Of a DNA stretch of 64,000 nucleotides, positions 51,351-61,853 are shown in pieces (the first letter of the stretch is position 1; every line of letters starts with the position of its first letter). The translations under genes were made by a program, and so were the position numbers. A model generated the notes under the pieces. It was given only the letters and a program-made list of their open reading frames with translations. It was not told the DNA's origin and ran no database searches. The DNA lies in contig JALHMH010000009.1 in NCBI GenBank assembly GCA_022844165.1, positions 1-64,000 on the forward strand, given 5' to 3'. This stretch comes from Lysobacterales bacterium (GTDB lineage: Bacteria; Pseudomonadota; Gammaproteobacteria; Xanthomonadales; SZUA-5).

Positions 51351-54260
51351 ATGAGTATTCCAGCCACTTTGCAAGAGCAACTTGCGCGCCTGATGGGATT
51401 GCCGCCGGTCGAGCGCGAGCAGGCGCTGGCGGCGATTGAAGATGCAGAAATGCGCGAAGAGCTCGCGGCGTTGATTGCGGCGCAAATCGCGTCCGAGCCC
51501 ACGACCAATGCCGGCGACCAGGGGCAAGCAGAACCGGGCCTTTCGGTGACCAGCGTCAACCCCGACCTACCGAAAAACCCAATTCCACGTTTAGACGTCC
51601 ACTCTACCGGCTTGCAGGGCAAGCGCATTGGGCCGTACACGCTGGATGCGTGGATCGGCGATGGCGGTTCGGCTTCGGTGTATCGCGCGCATCGACTGGT
51701 TGAGGGCGTACGCCAGACGGTGGCAATCAAGGTCCTGCATCGTGGCATGCAGGCGCCCGAAGCGCGCCAGCAATTCGACCGCGAGCGGCGCGTGCTCTCG
51801 GTGCTGGAGCATGCCTCGATCGCGCGCTGGATCGATGGCGGCGTGACACGCGATGGCGCGGCCTATCTGGTCTTGGAATTTGTCGATGGCCAGAGTATCA
51901 CCAGTTTCGCCAGGGCGAAAAAGCTGTCGCTGCGATCGCGCATCGGGCTGATGATCGAGGTCGCCAACGCAGTCGATGCCGCGCACCGGGCACTGATTGT
52001 GCATCGCGACTTGAAACCTGGAAACTTGCTCGTCAACGGCTCTGGGCAAATCAAACTGCTCGACTTTGGCATCGCCAAACTGCTGGAAGGCGACGGCGAG
52101 AATCAAACGCAAGTGCACATGTTCACACCAGCCTACGCCGCACCCGAACAGCGTAGCGGCGGGACCATCACGACCGCAACCGATGTTTACGCGTTGGGCG
52201 TGATTCTCGGCGAGTTGCTGATCGGCAAACGCTTCAATAGCGAGATCACCACCACGCCCTCGCTGCAAATCGATGACGAAGCTACCGAAGAAGGCACGTT
52301 GCCTGCGCCGCCCGCGCGGCTGCGACAACTGATCAAGGGCGATATCGACAACATTCTGCTCAAAGCGCTGGCCAACGATCCGAACAAGCGCTATAGCTCC
52401 GCAGCCGCGTTCGCCGACGACTTGCGCTGTGCGCTGGAGGGTCGCCCGGTCGCCGCGCATCCACCTTCGCGCAGGTATCGCGCCAGCAAGTTCATCACCC
52501 GAAACAAAATCAGCGTCGGATTAGTGACCGCGCTCAGTATCGGGATCATCGCCGCAAGCATCGTCTCGGTGCTGTTTGCGATCAGTGCCGAGCGCGCACG
52601 AGAACGAGCCGAACTGAGTTTCAGTGCGTCGGTGCACGCGGTCAACAACCTGACGCAGGATCTGGCGAAGAACCTGCGCGAGGCGCGCGGCGTTCGCGCC
52701 GAAACTGTCGCTGGCGTGCTGCAAAAGGCGCAGAAGCTGGTCAGCGACATCGAGCGCACCGATCCAGGCAACATCGCGCTGGAACACGCGCGCATTGGAA
52801 TGTTGATCGGCTTTTCCGGCACCTATCGCAGCATCGCGCGATCAAACGAGGCCGATGCTGCACTCGACGACGCCTGGTCGCGTCTGGAGGCGCTGCGAGA
52901 TCGCGGCATCGAAACGCCATTGCCGTTGAAGATCGACGCGCTGCTCGCGCGTTCGGAGGCGCACTACTACACGATGGACTGGCAGTCTTCCGCGGATGCT
53001 GCGCGTCAGGCGTCGGCGCTGAGCGCGGGTGACTCCACGCGCGCATGGCGCGCGCGCAAACAACTGGCGATCGCGTTGTTTTTCGCCAACGAGCTTAAGG
53101 CCGTGCACGCACTCCACACCTCGGAACTAGCAATTGAGCGCACGCTGGCATCGGACGACCTTGATGCCGACGGCCTGGCGCACGCGCTCGACTGCTACAC
53201 GACGATCGCATCGGCGCTCGCCTTGCTCGGTGAGCACCAAAACGCAGAGGCGTTGCGCGTTCATGCGCGTGCGGCAACACAGCAAGCGTTGCAACGCTTT
53301 CCAAATTCTCAAGACCTGCTGCTCACCGATTTGCGCTTGACCAATCTCGAAGCCAACTATTTGTTGCGGCTGGACCATATCGACGAAGGTCTGGCGTTGG
53401 CGCAAACTGGGCTGGAACTGGCGAATGAGGCGATCGTGGCGAATCCGAATTCGATGGCATTCCGTTTCGTTGCCAGATCGTTCTACAACGTTCGTGCAAG
53501 AGTGTTTCGCCAGCGCAATCAGGTTGAATCGGAACTCGCTGATCTGCGCGCAATCCGTGATTCGCACAGGGAGCTTTCCGATCGCGATTCTGGCAATAGG
53601 TTCTTGCGCGCCGAGTTGTCGTTTGCTGAGCGGCGCGTGGCGAATGCGCTGTTGTTGCGGAGCAAGGCGCAACCGGATGCCATAGTCGAGTCCGAGCGGT
53701 CAACGTTGGCAGCGCTTCAGATCGACCGCGAATTGTTGCAACCGGCCCCATCGCGTCCGTTTGCGCGGCGCTATCTTGCCGCCTCACTGGAACAACTAGG
53801 CGATCTTCGTAAGACGCAAATGCGTTTCGACGACGCCGATGCTGCTTACCAGGAGAGTTTGCAATTGCGACTCGCGCTGGCGCGAGATTTTCCGTCCGAG
53901 CCGGGTTGGCTTCGCTTGGTGGCAATCAGCTACGAGGCAATCAAGGACCTCGCAGCTAGGCGCGATGACCTTGATGGTGCGATTCGTGCACAACGCGAAG
54001 CGGTGAGCCTTTGGGAGGCGCTTCGGGCGCAATCGAAGGAGCCCAGCGATTCGCTCTCTTGGTTCGATAGCCAGTTGTTGCTGGTTGAGGCATTGCTGCT
54101 CCAGAGGAACAACCCAGCGCTAACTGCCGAGGCAGTCCAAATACTCGGACGGTTGCGCGATTACGCAAAGGAGCATGCTCAATCTCTGCAAGCAAGACCC
54201 GATCTCGTCAAAGAACTCGCTCGCCTGTATGAGCGCGCATCACCCGGAGGAACACGCTGA
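51351..54260 (+). CDS. Hanks-type Ser/Thr kinase with TM helix and TPR region (kinase 3)
   Basis: GDGGSASVY, VAIK, HRDLKPGNL, DFG and YAAPE motifs. Long helical repeat C-terminus. Confidence 0.92.
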   Translation: MSIPATLQEQLARLMGLPPVEREQALAAIEDAEMREELAALIAAQIASEPTTNAGDQGQAEPGLSVTSVNPDLPKNPIPRLDVHSTGLQGKRIGPYTLDAWIGDGGSASVYRAHRLVEGVRQTVAIKVLHRGMQAPEARQQFDRERRVLSVLEHASIARWIDGGVTRDGAAYLVLEFVDGQSITSFARAKKLSLRSRIGLMIEVANAVDAAHRALIVHRDLKPGNLLVNGSGQIKLLDFGIAKLLEGDGENQTQVHMFTPAYAAPEQRSGGTITTATDVYALGVILGELLIGKRFNSEITTTPSLQIDDEATEEGTLPAPPARLRQLIKGDIDNILLKALANDPNKRYSSAAAFADDLRCALEGRPVAAHPPSRRYRASKFITRNKISVGLVTALSIGIIAASIVSVLFAISAERARERAELSFSASVHAVNNLTQDLAKNLREARGVRAETVAGVLQKAQKLVSDIERTDPGNIALEHARIGMLIGFSGTYRSIARSNEADAALDDAWSRLEALRDRGIETPLPLKIDALLARSEAHYYTMDWQSSADAARQASALSAGDSTRAWRARKQLAIALFFANELKAVHALHTSELAIERTLASDDLDADGLAHALDCYTTIASALALLGEHQNAEALRVHARAATQQALQRFPNSQDLLLTDLRLTNLEANYLLRLDHIDEGLALAQTGLELANEAIVANPNSMAFRFVARSFYNVRARVFRQRNQVESELADLRAIRDSHRELSDRDSGNRFLRAELSFAERRVANALLLRSKAQPDAIVESERSTLAALQIDRELLQPAPSRPFARRYLAASLEQLGDLRKTQMRFDDADAAYQESLQLRLALARDFPSEPGWLRLVAISYEAIKDLAARRDDLDGAIRAQREAVSLWEALRAQSKEPSDSLSWFDSQLLLVEALLLQRNNPALTAEAVQILGRLRDYAKEHAQSLQARPDLVKELARLYERASPGGTR

Positions 54261-55777
54261 TGTCCATTGACCGATACGCATCGTCGCTGCGTTACGCGCT
54301 GATATTGCCAGCGCTGCTGGCAAGCGCCGCCTATGCGCAAACCATCGGCCTCAACCAAACCGTGGTTGCCGAGTTCAACAACGCCGCAGAATTCCAAACG
54401 CTCTCCAATGCCGGCTGGATCTTTCGCGCGGGAAATGGCACCGGTACGCAGAGCTGCGCCACACCGGGTAACATCGACGCTTGCGGTTTCGGTTTTTTTG
54501 CTGATGGCGCGCAAGGCACGGCGCGCGGTTTGGCGGCAGGCAACACGCAGGGCCGTTGGATCATCACGCCACCTATCATTTTCGGGAGCAGCGGCAACGT
54601 CAGTATCGTTCTGCGCAAAGTGAACTCAGGGACGGGAGGCCTTGATCTTCGCGAGAGCGGTGGCGCGTCGGATACGCAAGAGATGTCCGATAACGGTATT
54701 GAGCCTGGAACAGACAAAGGCAGCGGCGCCTGTCCGGCGGGAAACAGCTTCTGCGCGCTGCGCAACTTGCGTAGCTCCGGCGACGCCACCTCCGGCGGCG
54801 AGCCGAGTTGTGCGAACTTGTTCACACCGGCCAATCCTGGTGTGGGCTTGAGCTATTGCACAGTGCAAATCAACGCGTCGGAGTTACAAAATTTCGGCAC
54901 CGGCGTGCATCGCCTCGCGATCAAGCTGCGTTCCTCGGGTTCCACCGTGGGCAGCAATGTGGACATGTTGCTGGATCGCATCGAGATCAACACTGGCAAC
55001 AACGATCAGGTACCCGCGCAGGCGTTCATCAGCCACGGCTTCACTGGCAGCAACCCTGTGCTCGGCCTGTATCGCCATCCGATTGCGGGCCACACCGCAG
55101 CCAACTTGTCCTTGGTAACGGCGCTAACGAGTAACGATTTTGCTGCGCTCGACTTCAGTCCCAACGGCAACACGCTGTACGGGATCGTCGGCTCTCCGCC
55201 GACGCTGGTGCGCGTAGATACCAACACAGGCTCGCGAACGCCGATTGGCGCAGTGACAGGGCTGCTATCCAGCAACGAGTTCATCCGTGGCTTGATGGTC
55301 GATCCACGCAGCGGCGAGAGCTATTTGATGACGCGCAGTTTCGCCGATGCGCAGTCGCGCCTGTATTTGTTCGATCTGACCAATGCCGAGGCGAACCTCC
55401 AGGCCGGCGTCAACAACGGCGGTGATTTCCGCGCCTCGGCAAGCTCCATCGACTGCGCAGGACGCCTCTACAGCGTCGACACCACCAGCCCGCCGGGCGG
55501 GCGCCTGTATCGCGTCAATCGCATCGATGGCTCCGTTACGCTGGTGGGCAACACCGGCTACACCTCCAGCCTGTTCCATGGACCTATCGACTTCGACAAT
55601 GCGAACGATCGGTTGATGGGTTGGGTGCAAGCCCAAAATGGCGCCTACGTCGGCTACGGCAGCTACAGCTTGAGCACCGGATTCTTCAGCGTGATCTCGA
55701 CCACGCCGCAACTGTCGATGGGCGCCGGCGCGATCAACAGCCGCTGCTGGGAGCGATTTGCAGATGGTTTTGAGTAG
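54260..55777 (+). CDS. Secreted protein, beta-sandwich N-domain plus beta-propeller-like C-domain, ending FADGFE
   Basis: Signal peptide ending AYA, repeated LYxVD/LDF-type blades, TGATG coupling to kinase 3. Confidence 0.82.
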   Translation: MSIDRYASSLRYALILPALLASAAYAQTIGLNQTVVAEFNNAAEFQTLSNAGWIFRAGNGTGTQSCATPGNIDACGFGFFADGAQGTARGLAAGNTQGRWIITPPIIFGSSGNVSIVLRKVNSGTGGLDLRESGGASDTQEMSDNGIEPGTDKGSGACPAGNSFCALRNLRSSGDATSGGEPSCANLFTPANPGVGLSYCTVQINASELQNFGTGVHRLAIKLRSSGSTVGSNVDMLLDRIEINTGNNDQVPAQAFISHGFTGSNPVLGLYRHPIAGHTAANLSLVTALTSNDFAALDFSPNGNTLYGIVGSPPTLVRVDTNTGSRTPIGAVTGLLSSNEFIRGLMVDPRSGESYLMTRSFADAQSRLYLFDLTNAEANLQAGVNNGGDFRASASSIDCAGRLYSVDTTSPPGGRLYRVNRIDGSVTLVGNTGYTSSLFHGPIDFDNANDRLMGWVQAQNGAYVGYGSYSLSTGFFSVISTTPQLSMGAGAINSRCWERFADGFE

Positions 55778-55843
55778 GCGCCCGGCGCGCGAGCACTGAA
55801 CCCGAGAATGACTCACGTTCTGTTGCGTGCCTGTTGAGTTACG

Positions 55844-56890
55844 ATGAGTCTGGAGATACTTCAGGTGCCTGTCAGGAGACCGCTCATGCGATGGGTTCTC
55901 GCGCTTGCCTTATTGCTAGCCAACAAAGCGCTGGCTGAGATCTACGTGACCGATGGCGTGTCCAACGGCAACCCGCCCAACCGTATCAGTGTGTGGCCCG
56001 ATACTGCCACCGGCAATCCGGCCCCCGTGCGGCGTATCGTCGGCTCGCGCACACAGATCGGCAACGGCAGCAATGGTCTGCCCGACATCATCACGATCAG
56101 CAGCCGCCAGGAAATCTTGATCACCAACAACTCGCAATTGCGCATCCAGACGTTTCAGCTCGGCGCCAACGGCGACGTATTGCCCTTGCGTGAATTGTTG
56201 CTCACTGGCCAGCCCAAAGGGTTGGCTTACATCCCGATCACTGATGAAATCGTCACCGCACCGTCGAATTTTTCTGCCATCCACTTCTATCCGCGCGCAG
56301 CCACCGGAAGCGCGCCGACCACGCGCGTGATCAGCGGCAACAACACCGGAATCGGCTCCATTCCGACCGACATCGTTTACTTGTTCGGCGTCGATCAGAT
56401 TGCGGTGTCGGACTATGTGCCGGGAGACCCAAATTTCGCCAAGCGAATTCAGGTTTTTGCACGCACCGCCTCCGGCAATACCGCGCCAGTGCGGGTGATC
56501 CAAGGTCCTGCAACACAACTTGGCGCTTGCAACGGCCGTGCCGCTGGCATCACCACCGATCACACCGGCACCGAGATCATCATCGGCTGCTTCAATCAAA
56601 TCCTGACCTTCGGCCCGGCAGCCAGTGGCGATGCTGCGCCACTGCGGCAGATTACAGGTGTGGCGACAACGCTTGTCGCCATTTCCGACGTCACCTTTCT
56701 ATTCGGTAACCAGGGCCAACCCTCAACGCTGGTCGTGACGCAGTTCAATGCCACCAACTCTGTCGCGCGCTTCGACGCCGCCGCGAGCGGCGATGTTGCG
56801 CCGCTCACGAGCCTGAATAGCCTCGCGCTGTTTCAAGCGCGCTCGGTCGCTGCCGAGGTGATCACATTGTTGCAGGATGGCTTCGAATAG
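55844..56890 (+). CDS. Secreted repeat (beta-propeller-like) protein ending LQDGFE
   Basis: Signal peptide (likely start ATG 55886). About six repeats of A(T/S)G(N/D)xAPxRxIxG. Confidence 0.82.
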   Translation: MSLEILQVPVRRPLMRWVLALALLLANKALAEIYVTDGVSNGNPPNRISVWPDTATGNPAPVRRIVGSRTQIGNGSNGLPDIITISSRQEILITNNSQLRIQTFQLGANGDVLPLRELLLTGQPKGLAYIPITDEIVTAPSNFSAIHFYPRAATGSAPTTRVISGNNTGIGSIPTDIVYLFGVDQIAVSDYVPGDPNFAKRIQVFARTASGNTAPVRVIQGPATQLGACNGRAAGITTDHTGTEIIIGCFNQILTFGPAASGDAAPLRQITGVATTLVAISDVTFLFGNQGQPSTLVVTQFNATNSVARFDAAASGDVAPLTSLNSLALFQARSVAAEVITLLQDGFE

Positions 56891-56963
56891 CCGCTAGTGG
56901 CAGCCGACGACTGTGACGCGATCAGATCGCGCTGCAGTCGATTCGACCTGATCAGCATCGCCG

Positions 56964-57872
56964 CTATTCGGCCGGGCTGGTTCTGGGTTTCAAGGTTCTC
57001 GCAAACAGGTCCAATGTCGCCTGCCATGCTTGAGCGGCAGCTTCGGCGTGGAATCGGGGCGTGGTGTCGTTGTGGAACCCGTGCTGGGTTCCGGGCAGTT
57101 GCAGTTTGCTGTATCGAACGCCGTTGGCCTGCATGGCTGCCTCGAAGCTGGGCCAGTTGGCATTGATGCGTTCGTCGTTCGCTGCGAGCACGACCAGCAG
57201 TTCCGCCTTGATGCTCGGAACGTCCTCGATTGCGGCACCCATGCCATAAAACGGTGCGGCTGCGCGCAACGATGGCAATTGTGTTGCCAACCAGTTGACC
57301 AGACCGCCGCCCCAGCAGAACCCCACCGCGCCGAGCTGCCCGTTGCCACCTTCGACGCCGAGCAAATACTGCGCAGCCGCTAAAAAGTCGGCGCGCGACT
57401 TGGCCTGGTCGAGCGTTTGAAACTTCGCGCGCGCGTCGTCCTCATTGCCCGGGTAACCACCCAGCGGAAAGAGCGCGTCGGGCGCCAATGTAATGTACCC
57501 CTCGAGCGCAAAGCGTCGCGCGACATCCTCGATGTGCGGATTCAAACCGCGATTCTCGTGCGCCACCAAAACCAGCGGTGCTGCAGTGGTGAGCTCGGCC
57601 GGGCGGACCAAATACGCTCGCCCGCGATCATGACCTGGCGACGCGAATTCGATGAACTCGGCTATCAGTCGCGCGTCGTCCGGCGCAACTTTCTGTGCTT
57701 GCGCGAAGCGCGGCGACAGCAAGGTCAGCATCGTCGCCGCCGTCATCGCGCCGGTCGCAAATCGCCCCGCATCGCGGAGGAATGCACGCCGATCGATGAT
57801 ACCGTGCACGTACTGATCGAATAGCCGCCACACGCCGGGATGGAAATCGATGGTCGGGTCGGGTTCTGTCAT
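56964..57872 (-). CDS. Dienelactone hydrolase family protein (YghX-like)
   Basis: FDQYVHGIIDRRAFL, HENRGLNPHIEDVARR, GFCWGG and HGFHNDTT motifs. Confidence 0.9.
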   Translation of the reverse strand: MTEPDPTIDFHPGVWRLFDQYVHGIIDRRAFLRDAGRFATGAMTAATMLTLLSPRFAQAQKVAPDDARLIAEFIEFASPGHDRGRAYLVRPAELTTAAPLVLVAHENRGLNPHIEDVARRFALEGYITLAPDALFPLGGYPGNEDDARAKFQTLDQAKSRADFLAAAQYLLGVEGGNGQLGAVGFCWGGGLVNWLATQLPSLRAAAPFYGMGAAIEDVPSIKAELLVVLAANDERINANWPSFEAAMQANGVRYSKLQLPGTQHGFHNDTTPRFHAEAAAQAWQATLDLFARTLKPRTSPAE

Positions 57873-57959
57873 GGCGTCAACCTCTTTTGATACCGTTCAC
57901 CCAATGATCGCAGCGCAAGCGTGTTGGCGACGTTTAGCTCCGCAGCGGCGAGCAGCGGC

Positions 57960-60900
57960 TCATCCAACCAGATCCAGCCAATCGTCCGCCGTCAACCCTG
58001 CGGCGAGGCTCTGGCCGGCGTCATCAAAAATGGCTGCGCTCCACTCACGTTTGCGCGCCTGCAATTCCTGGATGTGCTGCTCGACGGTGTCGCTCGCAAT
58101 CAGACGGTAGACGAAGACCGGTTTGTCCTGGCCAATGCGATGGGCACGATCCGTCGCCTGGGCCTCAGCTGCCGGGTTCCACCACGGATCGTAGTGGATC
58201 ACCGTGTCTGCCGCAGTCAGATTCAAACCAAATCCGCCGGCCTTCAAGCTGATCAGGAACACCGCCACTTCGCCGCGCTGAAAGCGCTGTACCGGCGTGG
58301 CGCGGTCGTCGGTTTGTCCGGTGAGCTTGGTGTAACGGATTCGGTGCGCCACCAGTTCGGCTTCGATCAACGACAGCATGCTGGTGAATTGGCTGAACAC
58401 CAGAATGCGTCGTCCCGCTTGCGTCAGTTCGCTGAGCATATCGACGAGCACCTCTAGTTTTGCCGATGGTGCGCGCACCTCATGGTCCAATAGTCGCGGA
58501 TCGCAACACACCTGCCGCAAACGTGTGAGCCCCTCGAGCACGCGAATCCGACTGCGCTCCCAAAGCCCCTTGGCGATCAGGTCCTTCAATTCGGCCAGAT
58601 ACACAGCGCGCAAGCTGTCGTACAACTCGCGTTGGCGGCCTTCGAGCGTCAACGAACGCACGATCTCGGTCTTCGGCGGCAGGTCTGCTATCACCTGGTC
58701 TTTGGTTCGCCGCAACAGGAACGGGCGAATGCGGCGACGCAGCCGTTCGCGTGCGTCCACATCGCGCAATTTCTCGATGGGCTTGCGATAGAGGCGGGTA
58801 AAGTCGGTCTTGTTACCGAGTAATCCCGGCAACAGGAAATCGAACTGCGCCCAGAGTTCGCCCAAGTGGTTCTCGAGCGGCGTGCCCGTCAGGCACAAAC
58901 GCTGACGCGCGTCGAGTTTACGTGCCGCACGTGCGGCCAGTGTTGCCGGGTTCTTGACCATCTGCGACTCGTCGAGCACGACGATATGCCAGGGTTGTGA
59001 CGCGAATGCCGCACCATCGCGCGACAGCACGGGATAGGTTGTCAGTACAATGTCAGCGCCGGCAATCGACTTCAGGCGTTTACCGCGCTCGGCGCCGGCA
59101 TAAACAACAACACTCAGGCTCGGCGCAAAACGCGCGACTTCTGCGCTCCAGTTCGGTAACACGCTCTTCGGGCAGACCACCAAGGCAGGCCGATCCAGAC
59201 GCCCTTCTTCCTGCTCGCCAAGCAGATGTGCCAAGACCTGTACGGTTTTGCCCAGCCCCATGTCGTCAGCCAGGATGCCCGACAGGCCGCCCTGCCCTAG
59301 AAAGCGCATCCACGCCAGACCCTCGACCTGGTAACTGCGCAGCGTCGCGCGAAGCTCTTTCGGGACAGGCGTTGCAGGCAGACCCGAGTACCGGGCGAGA
59401 CGTTCGGCCAATAGCCGGACCGCCGGTGCGCTGGAAAAGAGCCGTTCGCCATCCGCAAGCTCGGTCTCCAGCTCGATCAACGCCGCGGCGCGCGCGCGCG
59501 GCAACACAACCGTGCGCTGATCGCTACTGCCGGCATCGCCAAGTTCCTCCAGCGTGCGCAGGATTGCCCGGAGTTTGCCGCTGGCGACCGGCAATCGTTT
59601 TTCGCCAGGCAAGCTCAACGCGATGACAGTGTCGGCCGTCGGCAGGTCGGCAAAGCGCCCCTCGCGCAAGCCGGCGCGCAGGCTCGGCAATAATTCGATC
59701 CGTTCGCCATCGACCTCAATGCCCAAGGACAGCCGCAGCTGGCCCGGCAGCTCCTCAACATCGGCGACGAACCGGTAGTCGGTATCGATGAGCTTCAGCG
59801 GGAAACGTGGCCCGTACTCGATGCGCCAACCCTCGCTGCGAAGGCGCGGCAACATCACATAACAGAACTCGTTCAGGCTCTGCGGGTCGCCATCGGGATT
59901 GATGATCCAATCCGCCCCGGTCAGGCCCGGGTGGTCGATCAACGCGTGGCGATTGGAAGTCAAGCCGAGCTGCTTCAGGCGCAGTGCGAATCCGCGCTCC
60001 TGGGTGCGATCGCGCGGCTCGACCGAAACGCGTTCGCCGTCGTAGCTGGTCATTGCCGGCGCCGGATCCGTTTCGCCAACACGCTGCGCACCGTAGGCAA
60101 ACGACAAACGCGCGAAAGCGATCAACTGAGCGCTGCGCCGGCCACGCTGTTCGATCGTTCCCGCGCTCTGGTGCAGCGACAGAATCGGCAGCGGCGTGCG
60201 CGGCTCGCTTGCGAGCGTTGGCAAGACCGGAGGCGCCGGGAAATTCGCCGGGAGTGCATCGGAGAACTGCGGCGGCCAAACCGCAGCCGCTGCCGGCAGT
60301 AGCGGCGGCAATGCCAGAAGCTCACTCGCAAGTCTGGGTGTCAGCGGCCAGTCCAAGGCGCCGATTTGCCGCGCCAGGCGATCGACATAGTGCCAGACGG
60401 TACCAATACGCACGAGGTCTGTCGCCAGGCCCGTGCGCGGATGTAGCCGTTGTGCACCGCGCGAATCGATCTCCCAGGTCCATTCCGGATTGCGGCCAGG
60501 GCCCGGCACCACCAGGAGCGCAGGTTCGCGCCAGGCGAAAGCACCTTGACCGGCGATCGTCTGAAGCACCGCCCTGGCATCTTCGGGCAAGATCCACCAG
60601 ACCTGCGATTCGAGATGCGAGCCGCGAATCGGCGCCAATCTTACCGCCAGTTGCCGCGCAGCGGGCATCGCCAGCGACTCGGGCAGATCACGCAGTATCG
60701 AAAGCGGCACCTCTTCGAAGCGCCAGCTGCTGCCGTGAGCGGTCCATCGCCCAGGACGCACTGCGAGCGCTTGCGGCGGGCCAAGTGCGGTGCCCAGAAA
60801 CCCGTAACGACCAGCCACCGGGGCGATGATCGCGCGCGCCGTCTGCGGTTCGGCCGCGATCTCTACGTGCGCGCTTTGCAGCAGGGCCGCGGCATGTTTG

Positions 60901-61148
60901 CATGCCACCTGCACCGGACAACTGCAGTGGCTTTCGATCCGCCATCGCCCGTTTCTCAATCGCGCGCGAACATGAACTCGATAGGGATGTCTGCGCCCGC
61001 CGCGAACTTCTCCCAACACCGCACGTTCGTCCTGGCCTTCGGACCATTCCAACCACAGAACACGACGCTCGCGCACGTACGCCAGACCACGCCGCAAGTC
61101 GGTCTCGGTGAAGTGCGCTGCAAGCGAATCGGTGGAGATAGACCACAT
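57960..61148 (-). CDS. SWIM zinc finger / SNF2-family helicase
   Basis: CSCP...CKH SWIM motif, LADDMGLGKT, DESQ, LTGTPLENHL and QATDRAHRIGQ motifs. The start is ATG 61148 or an upstream alternative at 61187. Confidence 0.92.
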   Translation of the reverse strand: MWSISTDSLAAHFTETDLRRGLAYVRERRVLWLEWSEGQDERAVLGEVRGGRRHPYRVHVRARLRNGRWRIESHCSCPVQVACKHAAALLQSAHVEIAAEPQTARAIIAPVAGRYGFLGTALGPPQALAVRPGRWTAHGSSWRFEEVPLSILRDLPESLAMPAARQLAVRLAPIRGSHLESQVWWILPEDARAVLQTIAGQGAFAWREPALLVVPGPGRNPEWTWEIDSRGAQRLHPRTGLATDLVRIGTVWHYVDRLARQIGALDWPLTPRLASELLALPPLLPAAAAVWPPQFSDALPANFPAPPVLPTLASEPRTPLPILSLHQSAGTIEQRGRRSAQLIAFARLSFAYGAQRVGETDPAPAMTSYDGERVSVEPRDRTQERGFALRLKQLGLTSNRHALIDHPGLTGADWIINPDGDPQSLNEFCYVMLPRLRSEGWRIEYGPRFPLKLIDTDYRFVADVEELPGQLRLSLGIEVDGERIELLPSLRAGLREGRFADLPTADTVIALSLPGEKRLPVASGKLRAILRTLEELGDAGSSDQRTVVLPRARAAALIELETELADGERLFSSAPAVRLLAERLARYSGLPATPVPKELRATLRSYQVEGLAWMRFLGQGGLSGILADDMGLGKTVQVLAHLLGEQEEGRLDRPALVVCPKSVLPNWSAEVARFAPSLSVVVYAGAERGKRLKSIAGADIVLTTYPVLSRDGAAFASQPWHIVVLDESQMVKNPATLAARAARKLDARQRLCLTGTPLENHLGELWAQFDFLLPGLLGNKTDFTRLYRKPIEKLRDVDARERLRRRIRPFLLRRTKDQVIADLPPKTEIVRSLTLEGRQRELYDSLRAVYLAELKDLIAKGLWERSRIRVLEGLTRLRQVCCDPRLLDHEVRAPSAKLEVLVDMLSELTQAGRRILVFSQFTSMLSLIEAELVAHRIRYTKLTGQTDDRATPVQRFQRGEVAVFLISLKAGGFGLNLTAADTVIHYDPWWNPAAEAQATDRAHRIGQDKPVFVYRLIASDTVEQHIQELQARKREWSAAIFDDAGQSLAAGLTADDWLDLVG

Positions 61149-61373
61149 GGGGCGCAATATCGGCAGTTGGCGCGCAACGGGACGCAACAGGACAGCCTAA
61201 CAGTCCTAAGGTGCTGGTGTCAGTGAATCCGCCATGGGTTCTTGCACCAACTGAGAGCCTGTTGAATGTCAAACTTGAGGAATGCTCCGCAAACCGTTGG
61301 TTTGGCGAATGGAAAAGCGGTGTTATGCTTGAGGGGACGTCGCCCTCTGTGCGATTCGCGTGGATCGAAGACC

Positions 61374-61853
61374 ATGAAAAAAATCGCCGCCTTGCTGTTA
61401 TTGATGGTGTCGATCGTCGGCAGCGCGCAAGACCAACCGCCGGAAGGCGCGGTCTGGCAGTACTCGATTTACCCAACAGGAATCGGGACCGCTGGCTATT
61501 TTTGCGTGATCAACCGCCTGCCCGCAAACCTGGCGACGAATCAGGCCGGTTTTGCGGCGAGCGAAGGTGCGTTCTTCACCGAGTCGTCGCCTGGCCTGCC
61601 GCTGTTGCCACCCAGTGGCCTGGCGTTTCACATCCTGGACTGCCTTGTGCCGTCCTGGACCGATTTCAGATTCTGTTTTCAGGCGCCAACACCCTGGTAC
61701 ACAGGCTTTTATCCGAACCAGCGCATCGCCCAAATTAACGTTTTTATGTGCGCCAACCCACCGCCGCAAGGCTTCATGTGGGACTACTACGTGACCATGC
61801 GGCGCGAGGCCTATTTTCCGCCGCCGCTGATGTCGAACGGCTTCGAGCCGTGA
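61374..61853 (+). CDS. Secreted hypothetical protein ending LMSNGFEP
   Basis: Signal peptide MKKIAALLLLMVSIVGSA, four Cys, abuts holC. Confidence 0.78.
   Translation: MKKIAALLLLMVSIVGSAQDQPPEGAVWQYSIYPTGIGTAGYFCVINRLPANLATNQAGFAASEGAFFTESSPGLPLLPPSGLAFHILDCLVPSWTDFRFCFQAPTPWYTGFYPNQRIAQINVFMCANPPPQGFMWDYYVTMRREAYFPPPLMSNGFEP

Noticed and set aside
57960-61148. SNF2 helicase as part of an anti-phage system
   Set aside because: The SWIM-SNF2 architecture is a common stand-alone gene, and no methylase, nuclease or other defence partners are adjacent.
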